Source of the DNA: Bacteroidales bacterium
GTDB lineage: Bacteria; Bacteroidota; Bacteroidia; Bacteroidales; UBA4417
Reading direction: 5' to 3'
NCBI GenBank assembly: GCA_038250985.1
Contig: JBBSBT010000001.1
Span: 1 to 27,228, forward strand
Length of the DNA: 27,228 nucleotides
The notes below the pieces were generated by a model. That model was not told the origin of the DNA and ran no database searches. It saw nothing but the letters and a program-made list of their open reading frames with translations. Within the stretch, counting starts at the first letter, position 1, and each line of letters opens with the position of its first letter. The translations under genes were made by a program, and so were the position numbers. Shown here piece by piece: positions 8,800 through 16,934 of the stretch.

Positions 8800-8873
8800 T
8801 CTGGACTGAAATATCAATTGAAGATCTCAATGATGCAGCGCAAATCCTCATTGACAAATATTTCAAATCGTAA
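8787..8873 (+). pseudogene. N-terminal stub of a RelE/ParE-family toxin (28 aa)
   Basis: GTG start overlapping the antitoxin end; VVTIVWTEISIEDLND matches the first strand and helix of RelE/ParE, then ends in an unrelated IDKYFKS tail. Confidence 0.55.
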
Positions 8874-8877
8874 AATC

Positions 8878-9057
8878 ATGGGACACATTAAGGAACCAAA
8901 AGGTGTAGATTTTGTCATTGAAAGTGAACCACTCACGGATCAGGCAAGAAAGGAAATAAGTGAATTTATTCGGAATTATAAAAATAAATCCACTGAAAAA
9001 TTATCCAAACAAAAATTAAAATTGCGCAGACAAGAACACCAACCTTCTAAGCATTAA
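8878..9057 (+). CDS. Small basic hypothetical protein (antitoxin-like)
   Basis: ATG at 8878 gives MGHIKEPKGVDFVIESEPLTDQARKEISEFIRNYK; resembles small Bacteroidota proteins I recall next to toxin genes (not verified). Confidence 0.45.
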   Translation: MGHIKEPKGVDFVIESEPLTDQARKEISEFIRNYKNKSTEKLSKQKLKLRRQEHQPSKH

Positions 9058-9114
9058 AGCTTGGAAGGAAGGACCTGGATATACAAATTAGTCCATTTAT
9101 CATAAATTTCAACA

Positions 9115-9336
9115 AAAAGGGGATAAAGAATATCCGACCCCTCTGCTCCTTGCCCTCTGCTCTATGCTGTGCCTTGCGTCTTCCCTTTTCCCCATCGAAA
9201 TTGCAAAAGCAATTTCTCTCCCCTGAATTTTGAAATTATCCTTCTTTCAGAATTGGATCATTTCAGCAAAAGGGGATAAAGAATATCCGACCCCTCTGCT
9301 CCTTGCCCTCTGCTCTATGCTGTGCCTTGCGTCTTC
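9115..9336 (+). repeat. Tandem direct repeat, 153-bp period
   Basis: 69 bp identical at 9115-9183 and 9268-9336 (aaaaggggataaagaatatccgacccctctgctcc...gcgtcttc). Confidence 0.9.
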
Positions 9337-9410
9337 TCTTCCCCCTCGAATTTGTGAGTCCGCCCACCAGCATCGTGAGGAATGTTAGGCCTAAAAACGC
9401 CGCATTTTTG

Positions 9411-9435
9411 CGGCAAATAAACCCTATATTTGCCG
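9411..9435 (+). promoter_or_regulatory. -7 promoter box inside an inverted repeat upstream of fic
   Basis: TATATTTG at 9425-9432; CGGCAAATA (9411-9419) / TATTTGCCG (9427-9435) inverted repeat. Confidence 0.5.
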
Positions 9436-9452
9436 CAGAGTACTTTTTGGAG

Positions 9453-10556
9453 ATGCCAACATATATCTACGAACATAAAAACTGGACAGCATTCACCTGG
9501 CAAGACAAAGCCATACAGTCGGTATTTGGGGAAGTTCGATGGATGCAAGGCAAAATCATTGGCCAAATGAACTCGCTGGGCTTTTCTGCAAAGGAAGAAG
9601 CCACGCTAACGGCCTTAACCTTAGACGTCGTAAAATCATCTGAGATCGAAGGTGAAATGCTCAACTACGAGCAAGTGCGTTCGTCCATTGCCAGGCGGCT
9701 GGGTATTAACACTGGAGGGCTTGTACCCAGTAGCCGCCATATAGAAGGCGTAGTAGAAATGATGCTCGATGCTACACAACGCCACGCCTCGCCTTTAACC
9801 GAAAAACGTTTGCTTGGGTGGCACGCAGCACTTTTCCCCACAGGACACAGTGGGCCTTATGAAATAAAAGTGGGGCAATACCGAACAGGCGAAATGCAAA
9901 TCGTTTCGGGTGCAATGGGCAAAGAAAAAGTACACTACGTAGCGGTACCTCCGAAACTCGTAAAAAAGGAAATGGACAAATTTTTAAATTGGTTCAACAA
10001 CGACAGAACGCTTGACCCTGTGATGAAAGCTGCCATTGCACACTTTTGGTTTATCATCATCCACCCTTTTGATGACGGAAACGGCAGAATAGGACGAGCT
10101 ATAAACGATATGCTGCTGGCACGAGCCGAAGGCAGTGGCGAACGATTTTACAGTATGTCAAGTCAAATATTAGCCGAACGTAAACAATACTACAAAGTAT
10201 TGCAAAAAGTACAACATAGCACAGGCGACATTACGGAGTGGCTTGATTGGTTTTTACATTGTCTGACAAACGCAATTCTCGCCACCGAAAACACAACAAA
10301 AAAAATATTGCGTAAAGCAGAATTTTGGAAAATATATGAGCACACTTCTATAAATGAACGTCAACGCTTGCTGCTCAACAAACTTTTAGATGGATTTGAA
10401 GGAAAATTGCAAACTTCAAAATGGGCAAAAGTGACCAGGACTTCTACTGACACGGCATTACGAGATATAAAAGATTTGATAGCGAAAGGCATCTTGCAAC
10501 AAACAGACGAAGGAGGGCGAAATGCCAACTACGAATTAGCAGACTTTAAATTATGA
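9453..10556 (+). CDS. Fic family protein (DUF4172-Fic-HTH architecture)
   Basis: Complete HPFDDGNGRIGR motif; N-terminal YIYEHKNW..FTW and C-terminal wHTH (TALRDIKDL). Start taken at ATG 9453; the 9303 extension is repeat DNA. Confidence 0.9.
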   Translation: MPTYIYEHKNWTAFTWQDKAIQSVFGEVRWMQGKIIGQMNSLGFSAKEEATLTALTLDVVKSSEIEGEMLNYEQVRSSIARRLGINTGGLVPSSRHIEGVVEMMLDATQRHASPLTEKRLLGWHAALFPTGHSGPYEIKVGQYRTGEMQIVSGAMGKEKVHYVAVPPKLVKKEMDKFLNWFNNDRTLDPVMKAAIAHFWFIIIHPFDDGNGRIGRAINDMLLARAEGSGERFYSMSSQILAERKQYYKVLQKVQHSTGDITEWLDWFLHCLTNAILATENTTKKILRKAEFWKIYEHTSINERQRLLLNKLLDGFEGKLQTSKWAKVTRTSTDTALRDIKDLIAKGILQQTDEGGRNANYELADFKL

Positions 10557-10625
10557 TCAAAGAAGGCAATCACCTTGGCCTTGAGAATGATACCAGAATA
10601 TAGCATCTTTGAAAAAAGAATATTA

Positions 10626-10877
10626 ATGGCTAAAAACACTTCAATAATTTTGGGAGATTATTTTGAAGACTTCATTCAGGAGGAGTTGGCCAGTGGAAGG
10701 TATGCTTCAGCTAGTGAAGTCATACGATCAGGACTTAGAATACTAGAAGAAGACAGGAAATTAAAGGTGCTGATCGATGAAGCCATAGTGATTGGGGAGG
10801 AAAGTGGCGAACCAGGAGAATTTGACCTCAAGGCTTTCAGGAAGAAGATGAGAACGAAGTATGACACACAAGCATAA
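10626..10877 (+). CDS. parD: ParD-family ribbon-helix-helix antitoxin without an adjacent ParE
   Basis: MAKNTSIILGDYFEDFI...GRYASASEVIRSGLRILEE signature; next gene is RhuM-like. Confidence 0.8.
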   Translation: MAKNTSIILGDYFEDFIQEELASGRYASASEVIRSGLRILEEDRKLKVLIDEAIVIGEESGEPGEFDLKAFRKKMRTKYDTQA

Positions 10878-10883
10878 TTAACT

Positions 10884-11942
10884 ATGGCTAAGAAAAGAAA
10901 TATCCCATCTCAAAGTGGCTTTAACGAAATACTGCTTTATACCACTCCTACCGGAAATGTAAAAGTAGAAATCTATTTACAAAACGAAACCATATGGCTA
11001 ACACAGCAAAAGATAGCCGATTTGTTTGGAGTGCAACGTCCTGCAATAACCAAACACCTTAAAAACATATTTGAAACTGGTGAATTGAAGGAAGAGGTGG
11101 TTAGTTCCATTTTGGAACATACCACTCAACATGGTGCAATGAAAGGAAAAACACAGGAAACAAAAATTAAATACTACAATCTTGACGCAATAATTTCTGT
11201 TGGCTATCGAGTAAACAGCACACAGGCAACAGCATTTCGTATTTGGGCAACAGAACGATTGAAGGAATACATCATCAAAGGTTTTACAATGGATGATGAA
11301 CGGTTGAAAAATCCGAATAACATTTTTGGCAAAGATTATTTTGAGGAACAACTGGCTAGAATCCGTGACATTAGGAGCAGCGAAAGAAGATTCTATCAAA
11401 AAATTACGGACATATACACACAGTGCAGTGCCGACTATAATGTAGAAACCCAAAGCACAAAAGATTTTTTTACCACTGTTCAAAACAAGCTGCACTGGGC
11501 AATTACAGGGCAAACGGCAGCAGAACTAATTGCATCTCGAGCCGACAGCGCAAAAGACCACATGGGCTTAACCACTTGGAAAAATGCACCTAAAGGAAGC
11601 ATACGTAAAACCGATGTAGGTATTGCAAAAAATTATTTGAATGAAAAAGAATTGGACGGTCTGAACCGAATCGTAACAATGTATTTGGATTATGCTGAGA
11701 GTCAGGCATTGAAAGGAGTTGTAATGTATATGAAAGATTGGATTGAGAAATTGGATGCTTTTTTACAGTTCAATGAAGAAGCAGTTTTAAAACATCAAGG
11801 CAAAGAATCACATGAAGTAGCTCTGGCATTAGCAGAAACAGAATATGAAAAATACAGAATTGTACAAGATAAAATAATGGAAAGTGATTTTGATAAAGCA
11901 ATAAAGAAACTATCAGCAACAACCAACAAAAAGAAAAATTAA
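10884..11942 (+). CDS. Virulence RhuM family DNA-binding protein
   Basis: IWLTQQKIADLF...YYNLDAIISVGYRVNS..AT.FRIWAT..LKEYIIKGF.MDDERLK and FTTVQNKLHWAITG motifs. Confidence 0.85.
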   Translation: MAKKRNIPSQSGFNEILLYTTPTGNVKVEIYLQNETIWLTQQKIADLFGVQRPAITKHLKNIFETGELKEEVVSSILEHTTQHGAMKGKTQETKIKYYNLDAIISVGYRVNSTQATAFRIWATERLKEYIIKGFTMDDERLKNPNNIFGKDYFEEQLARIRDIRSSERRFYQKITDIYTQCSADYNVETQSTKDFFTTVQNKLHWAITGQTAAELIASRADSAKDHMGLTTWKNAPKGSIRKTDVGIAKNYLNEKELDGLNRIVTMYLDYAESQALKGVVMYMKDWIEKLDAFLQFNEEAVLKHQGKESHEVALALAETEYEKYRIVQDKIMESDFDKAIKKLSATTNKKKN

Positions 11943-11973
11943 CAATGGCCGAATACACCAACGTAGAAAAACC

Positions 11974-12160
11974 TCACACTATCCTCCCCTCCCCCCACCT
12001 TCGCCACCGCCTCCGTCCCCGATTTAACATGCACCTTTCACAGATGTGGTCGATACGCGAATTGACACTTGAATAGGATACATTGCATTCGGCAGCGATC
12101 ACTTCGTAGGTGCTCTCTTCGACTTTGAATATCACAACCCCCCTGATGTTGACCGTGACA
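11974..12160 (-). pseudogene. Possible sigma-70 region 4 / LuxR-type HTH fragment
   Basis: VIFKVEESTYEVIAAECNVSYSSVNSRIDHI resembles an HTH; no credible start, ends in low-complexity DNA. Confidence 0.25.
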
Positions 12161-12180
12161 GGGCTGTGAGCCTTCCCTTC

Positions 12181-12336
12181 CTTTTCCCCTTCGAAATTGC
12201 AAAAAAGCAATTTCTCTCCTACTTCGGCTACTTCGACGAATGCTCAGCACAAGTAGCGCTCAGCACACCGCCTGAATTTTGAAATGATCCTTCTTTCAGA
12301 ATTTGATCATTTCAGCAAAAAGGGGATAAAGAATAT
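12181..12336 (+). repeat. Third, diverged copy of the 9.1-kb repeat carrying a 51-bp REP-like insertion
   Basis: Matches 9185-9287 (cttttcccc.tcgaaattgcaaaa...cctgaattttgaaat.atccttctttcagaatt.gatcatttcagcaaaaggggataaagaatat) with extra sequence at 12220-12270. Confidence 0.85.
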
Positions 12337-12364
12337 TATGCGGGATAAAGAGAAATTTGCAATT

Positions 12365-12383
12365 GTTACCTAAATTTGGTAAC
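12365..12383 (+). promoter_or_regulatory. parDE promoter/operator
   Basis: GTTACC (12365-12370) / GGTAAC (12378-12383) inverted repeat enclosing the -7 box TAAATTTG (12371-12378). Confidence 0.6.
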
Positions 12384-12401
12384 TATATGTATAATTTAAA
12401 A

Positions 12402-12653
12402 ATGGGAAAGAATACATCCGTAGCCTTAGGAGATCATTTCGAGGATTTTGTAAGGTTCAGAATCAATGAAGGAAGGTATAAAAATGCCAGTGAAGTCATT
12501 AGAGCCGGATTGCGACTTCTGGAAGAAGAAGAGCAAAAGTACTATGCGCTAAAAACTGCAATTCAAGAGGGAATCGATAGCGGAATAGCCACTGACTTTG
12601 ATCCAAAAGAGAATTTAAAACGACTCAAACTTGAAAGGTCAAAGACTATCTAA
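12402..12653 (+). CDS. parD: ParD-family antitoxin
   Basis: MGKNTSVALGDHFEDFV...GRYKNASEVIRAGLRLLEEEE; overlaps parE. Confidence 0.85.
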   Translation: MGKNTSVALGDHFEDFVRFRINEGRYKNASEVIRAGLRLLEEEEQKYYALKTAIQEGIDSGIATDFDPKENLKRLKLERSKTI

Positions 12654-12945
12654 ATATTCTCTTACAAATAAAGCGGTCAAAGACCTGGCCATTATTTGGA
12701 ATTATATTTTTGACACCTGGTCCGAAAAACAAGCTGATAAATACTATAAGGATATTCTCAAACACTATGAAAGTTTGGCAAAGAATCCTGAACAAGGGAA
12801 AAAGTATTTCACATCAGTTCAGGACTTAAGAGTATCTAAGATTAATAAACACATTTTATTCTTCCGAAAAACAGAAACGAATTTCATTGAAATAGAAAGA
12901 ATACTTCATGAACAAAGGGACTTGAAATCTAAGCTTGAGAAATAA
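12631..12945 (+). CDS. parE: ParE/RelE-family toxin (start codon uncertain, only TTG in frame)
   Basis: KYSLTNKAVKDLAIIWNY..DTWSEKQADKY...HILFFR...IEIERILHEQRD signature. Confidence 0.8.
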   Translation: MKGQRLSKYSLTNKAVKDLAIIWNYIFDTWSEKQADKYYKDILKHYESLAKNPEQGKKYFTSVQDLRVSKINKHILFFRKTETNFIEIERILHEQRDLKSKLEK

Positions 12946-13589
12946 GATTACTCCACATTACAATGTACTTGTCCTTGATGCGCGCTATAAGCTGCCACGA
13001 CACATGCACTCAAACGTGTCTGTCTTGAATCGCCCTTTTAAAAAAGAGTGAATGCGGCGTAAATGATGGAAGACTTTGAATATATAATGAGGATCTCCGT
13101 CTCCAGATCCGAAAGATTGAAATCAACAGATGATTTTGTCGAAGGGACATCGCTCACTGCTTCGACGAAAGAATGATCGGGATTATGAAATGATTTAGTT
13201 TACTTTCCTTGTTTTGCTATCCAAGCTCTATTTCAATATGTCATGACGGCACATTAAGATAAATCGTCTACTGTTGAAGTCATCATGATTGAATTTTTGT
13301 CGTAAACTTGTGCTTCTATAGCTATACGCAGGAGCGGATGCGGACGTCACATTGAATGAATCCAATTCCTGTAACAATTCCTCCTCCTGATGGGCAAGGA
13401 TTAATGGCAGCAAAATGTGCCCTAAATCCAAAGGATGATCATTCAAACGAACAGAATTAAAATAAAAAATGTGGAGACCAGACACCACAAAAAAAAAACG
13501 TGGCGTAAACCGAAAAGCCATACGACCAGGATTAAAATAATTGCCAGGATATGTTTACTAAATTCAATTTGACAGACAGGTTGCTATTT

Positions 13590-13699
13590 GTAGCGGCTAT
13601 GGCTTCGTGTTCTTCGCTGGCATTTTTGTGGTTAATCAAACATTGGTTCTCCGCAGAGAACCTCGGGGTGATATTCCTCGGGCTGACTCAATTAGGCGT
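13590..13699 (+). repeat. Eroded attC-like repeat upstream of the AraC cassette
   Basis: 13625-13655 matches 18684-18714 of the intact site at 27/31 nt; ends ATTAGGCGT (13691-13699), like GTTAGGCG at 23321. Confidence 0.6.
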
Positions 13700-13767
13700 A
13701 ATACTCAGACCGACCGTACCAACAATAACCGCAAACAAAATAGTAACTTTGGATTTTAAATTAAACT

Positions 13768-14631
13768 ATGGCGGACGGGATAAAAAAACTAAAATTTAAG
13801 CAAAATGCACCTATTCAAATTGAAGTCGTTCCTTTAGACAGTTTGACCAAAGTCAACAAACCGCATTTAATAACGCCACATCGTACCAATTTTTACCATG
13901 TTTTTCTCTTTGATAATTGCCGACCGACACACTACATCGATTTTGAAAAAATAAAAATTCAACCTTATACTTTATTGTTCATTGACAAAGATCGGGTACA
14001 TCAGTTTGACAAATTGCTCAACTATGAAGGACGGATACTCATTTTTACAGACGACTTTTTCCCGGACACTAAATTTTTACGTAGTTCTATATTGTTCAAT
14101 GACCTTTCACATCAAGCGACTATTAAACTAAATCAACAATCTTTAAAACGATTTATTTCGATTTGTGATAATATTACAGAAGAGTTGAGTATGCCAAATG
14201 ATGAGACAAAACCAATTGTACTCAAAAATCATTTACACAATTTTTTATTGTTAGCTGAAAGGGAAAAACGGAAACATGGTTTTGGAGATGCAAAAAAAGG
14301 TGCTGATCTTGACTATACTTTGCTATTCCGTGATTTATTAGAAGCTAATTTCACAAAACTGAAAGCTGTAAATGACTATTCTTCTCAACTTTTTATTTCA
14401 GAAAAGCGATTAGGACAGGCAACTTCAAAAATTTTAGGAAAAACGCCCAAAGAAATCATCAACGAAAGAATATTGCTGGAAGCTAAACGTCTTTTAGTCT
14501 ACAGCCATCTTACAATTAAAGAGATTGGACAAGATTTAGGCTTTGAAGACCCTGCTTAATTTGTACGCTACTTCAAAAAAAACATCGAAACTACGCCCGT
14601 AGAATTTCGACAAAAATACCTATCAAAATAA
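13768..14631 (+). pseudogene. AraC-family regulator with a premature stop in the second HTH
   Basis: Typical AraC C-terminus ...IGQDLGFEDPA*FVRYFKK...TPVEFRQK; TAA at 14557-14559 where Tyr is expected, frame continues to TAA 14629-14631. Own -7 box TAACTTTG at 13744-13751. Confidence 0.8.
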
Positions 14632-14735
14632 ACTTTCCCAAAAGTACCATACAACGGCTGATTTGTCCATTGGTCAATATTTGAAGCAGCTTCATCTTTG
14701 CATCTTTACTATTAACAATATAAACATTAATAAAA

Positions 14736-15146
14736 TTGGACAAAAACAGAGAAGCGTTAACTGCCTTTTACAGAAAAGCACTAACCGTAAACACAGAAAC
14801 AACACCAACAGCAATACTAACCGAAGTGTTAGCCGATGATTTTATTTCATCAGGTTCGGTTGACAGCAAAGGAAAACCTGCCTTGATTGGACAAGTAGAA
14901 CATTTTTGGAATCTTATTCCAGACCTTAAATGGGAACCGCAAGAAATGATAAACGAAGGCAACAAATTTGTTGTTCGTAGCAAAGTAAGTGGCACACCCA
15001 ACGGCGACTTTATGGGCTTACCTACTGACGGCACTAAATCATTTGAAATTATGTCCATTGATTTTCATTCCATTGATAACGGACAATTAAAATCTGTTCA
15101 CCATTTAGAAGATTGGGGAACAGCTATGAAACAATTAAAATCTTAA
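14736..15146 (+). CDS. SnoaL-like ester cyclase / NTF2-fold protein
   Basis: PDLKWEPQEMINEGNKFVVRS...GTPNGDFMG.P..G..FEIMSIDFH...HHLED pattern; TTG start. Confidence 0.8.
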   Translation: MDKNREALTAFYRKALTVNTETTPTAILTEVLADDFISSGSVDSKGKPALIGQVEHFWNLIPDLKWEPQEMINEGNKFVVRSKVSGTPNGDFMGLPTDGTKSFEIMSIDFHSIDNGQLKSVHHLEDWGTAMKQLKS

Positions 15147-15150
15147 ATCG

Positions 15151-15555
15151 ATGAGCAAAGCATTAGAACCCAAACCTGGAGATAAAAAATTCAAAATCAT
15201 TGCTTACGTTTTAGGTGTCGCACACTTAATTTTTGGAATTACCAAATTAATTGGTCAGGCAGATTTGACAAAAGAGTTTACAGAAATATGGCATTTTCCA
15301 TTGTGGTTTATGTACTTCGTTGGCGTTGCGCAAGTATTGGGTGGCATCGCACTTTTCACTCGTCAGTTGCGTATGCCCGCATCTTTGGAAATGGCATTGA
15401 TTATGATTGGCGCAATAGTAACTACCATTATTTCAGGTCAAATTTCTAACGTGATTATTTGCTTTGTTGTTTTGGTATTGTGTGTGCTGGTTTTTAAGCA
15501 CAGAGTAGAGCAATTGGCCATGGAATTGGCAGCTGAAATCAATGACAAAAAATGA
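15151..15555 (+). CDS. DoxX-family membrane protein
   Basis: Four hydrophobic segments with G..KL.G, FP.WFMYFVGVAQVLGGIAL and IMIGAIVT motifs. Confidence 0.75.
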   Translation: MSKALEPKPGDKKFKIIAYVLGVAHLIFGITKLIGQADLTKEFTEIWHFPLWFMYFVGVAQVLGGIALFTRQLRMPASLEMALIMIGAIVTTIISGQISNVIICFVVLVLCVLVFKHRVEQLAMELAAEINDKK

Positions 15556-15939
15556 ATAAACTATTAGCTATAAGTTTTTTTTTGCATTGCATTTATTATC
15601 AATTCAAATGCTCAAATTACCAATCAAAAAGAAATTAAAATGGAATATACAGAAATTGCCAGGTTCAAACTAAAAGAAGGTTTTTCCGCAGAACAATTTC
15701 TTGAAGCAGAAAAGGAAGTAAGAGCAGGAATTATCAGGCATGCCAAGGGATATATCAGCAGAGAACTTTTTAAAAATTCAAATAACGAATGGGTTATTAT
15801 ACTCCGCTTTGATAACAAAGAAAATTTGGAAATTTTCTTAGCCTCATTAAAACAAGAATTACATCAAAGTTTTAGGAATTACGCTTCGATGATTGAGTTC
15901 TCAACTATGAGAATGGAATTCTATAACAAACAAATCTAA
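15552..15939 (+). pseudogene. ABM/dimeric alpha-beta-barrel-like protein; signal peptide out of frame at a T9 run
   Basis: ATG 15552 is 88 nt from ATG 15640; removing one T from T9 (15575-15583) gives MNKLLAISFFCIAFIINSNAQITNQKEIKMEYTE. The mature part 15640-15939 is open. Confidence 0.6.
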
Positions 15940-15949
15940 AATCAAATAT

Positions 15950-16357
15950 ATGAGATACTTAAAATTTATTGGAGCTGTAATAGCAATGTTCGCAATCACC
16001 AGTATTGCGACAGCGCAAACGAACAAACAATCAAATAAATCAAATAATATGGAAGTAAAATCAATGTACGTAGAAACAGGAAAAATGAAACTCAAAGAAG
16101 GCGTAACTGACGAGCAATTCATAGAAATTGAACGAAACATTCGCAAAGGCATCATTAATCAACAGGACGGTTTCATAAGCCGCGAGTTTGGAAAAGACAC
16201 AGATGGTTTTTGGCATTTCAGAATATGCTGGACGCGTAAAGAAGCTGGTGATGCCTGGACACCTATTTTTCAAAAAGACCCAAATGGCCAGGCGATGATG
16301 AACGCTTTAGATTTTAGTAGTGTTCGACAAGAGCATTACACAGTTATAAACCCATAA
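15950..16357 (+). CDS. Secreted ABM-like paralogue of the upstream gene
   Basis: Signal peptide ending ATAQ; KMKLKEGVTDEQF...GFISREFGK aligns with RFKLKEGFSAEQF...GYISRELFK. Confidence 0.65.
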   Translation: MRYLKFIGAVIAMFAITSIATAQTNKQSNKSNNMEVKSMYVETGKMKLKEGVTDEQFIEIERNIRKGIINQQDGFISREFGKDTDGFWHFRICWTRKEAGDAWTPIFQKDPNGQAMMNALDFSSVRQEHYTVINP

Positions 16358-16380
16358 GACAAATCAAAAATAATTTCGAA

Positions 16381-16411
16381 AGTTTCTTGTTTGCCAACAA
16401 GGAACTTTTTT
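16381..16411 (+). terminator. Intrinsic terminator
   Basis: agtttcttgtt-tgcc-aacaaggaact hairpin followed by a T tract. Confidence 0.7.
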
Positions 16412-16450
16412 GTTTTTAAGTAAACTGTAACCACAAAAGAAAAAGCACAT

Positions 16451-16482
16451 ACGTCTAGCAGCGGTTTGGCAAAAGTGGCGGT
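16451..16482 (+). repeat. Left arm only of an attC-like site
   Basis: ctagcagcggtttggcaaaagtggcggt matches the left arm at 18638 (ctaacaggcatttggcaaaagcggcggt) and is then abruptly replaced by the WG-remnant element. Confidence 0.65.
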
Positions 16483-16483
16483 C

Positions 16484-16747
16484 GTTGATCAAAAGATAAC
16501 CCATGACGAAGTCCCGAAAGAACAAAACGATTGAGAAAAGCAGATGGTTACATTTTCATTTGTGACCAACTACAGCCGTTACCGGATTACGGGCTGTGTC
16601 TCATCAGGAAAACCCGGCATCGGATTTATTGAATTTAGAAAAAACGTGAATCTCTTTTCCCTCATGGGTACAAATGGCTACTCCGGGTTTTGTGACGGCG
16701 AGGGCCATATTTTTCTACCTAAGGAATGTGGGTGCATACAGGAGTAA
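16484..16747 (+). pseudogene. WG-repeat protein 3' remnant, copy 1
   Basis: NGYSGFCDGEGHIFLPKEC resembles the WG repeat (GxxGFIDxxGxxxIP); homologous to 21133-21432. Confidence 0.5.
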
Positions 16748-16878
16748 GGTGGTATGATCCAAATTAAATTTGAAAAAAATTGTTGCACCTGAAGATCTCT
16801 TCCTCTTGCAGCAATCCACCTCAGACGTCCATAATTTGAGTATATTTCGGGGACTGCAGGTGCAGGTATAAACTAGTT
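16610..16878 (+). repeat. Three-copy attI-like element, copy 1
   Basis: Aligns end to end with 21295-21562; core 16803-16872 then 3 nt then GTT 16876-16878. Confidence 0.85.
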
Positions 16879-16934
16879 AGCTACAAGCGTAAAAACGACC
16901 CTGTGAATTTGAACAGAAATATATAACAATAGAA

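Noticed and set aside
9303-9452. N-terminal extension of Fic in the ORF track
   Set aside because: Translates the CT-rich repeat and promoter; the family pattern starts at MPTYIYEH.
12946-13550. Minus-strand ORF 13228-13521 and an open stretch near 12950-13190
   Set aside because: No recognisable domain or convincing start; may be gene debris but cannot be assigned.
13551-13799. 82-aa hydrophobic ORF
   Set aside because: It is the translation of an eroded attC-like repeat (27/31 match to 18684-18714) and the AraC promoter.
16500-16540. atgacgaag.cccgaaag motif (also at 26875) as a hammerhead ribozyme
   Set aside because: No CUGANGA core or flanking stems; explained as part of the repeated element.
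16786-16864. tgcacctgaag / ctgcaggtgca hairpin as the attC arms of the triplicated element
   Set aside because: 10/11 pairing in copy 1 but only 9/11 and 8/11 in copies 2 and 3, and no AAC box at the left end.
16610-16878. Triplicated element as a group IIC-attC intron end, IS end or integrase remnant
   Set aside because: No domain V hairpin, no terminal inverted repeats or target duplication seen, no RT/transposase, and the minus-strand translations I read show no tyrosine recombinase motifs.
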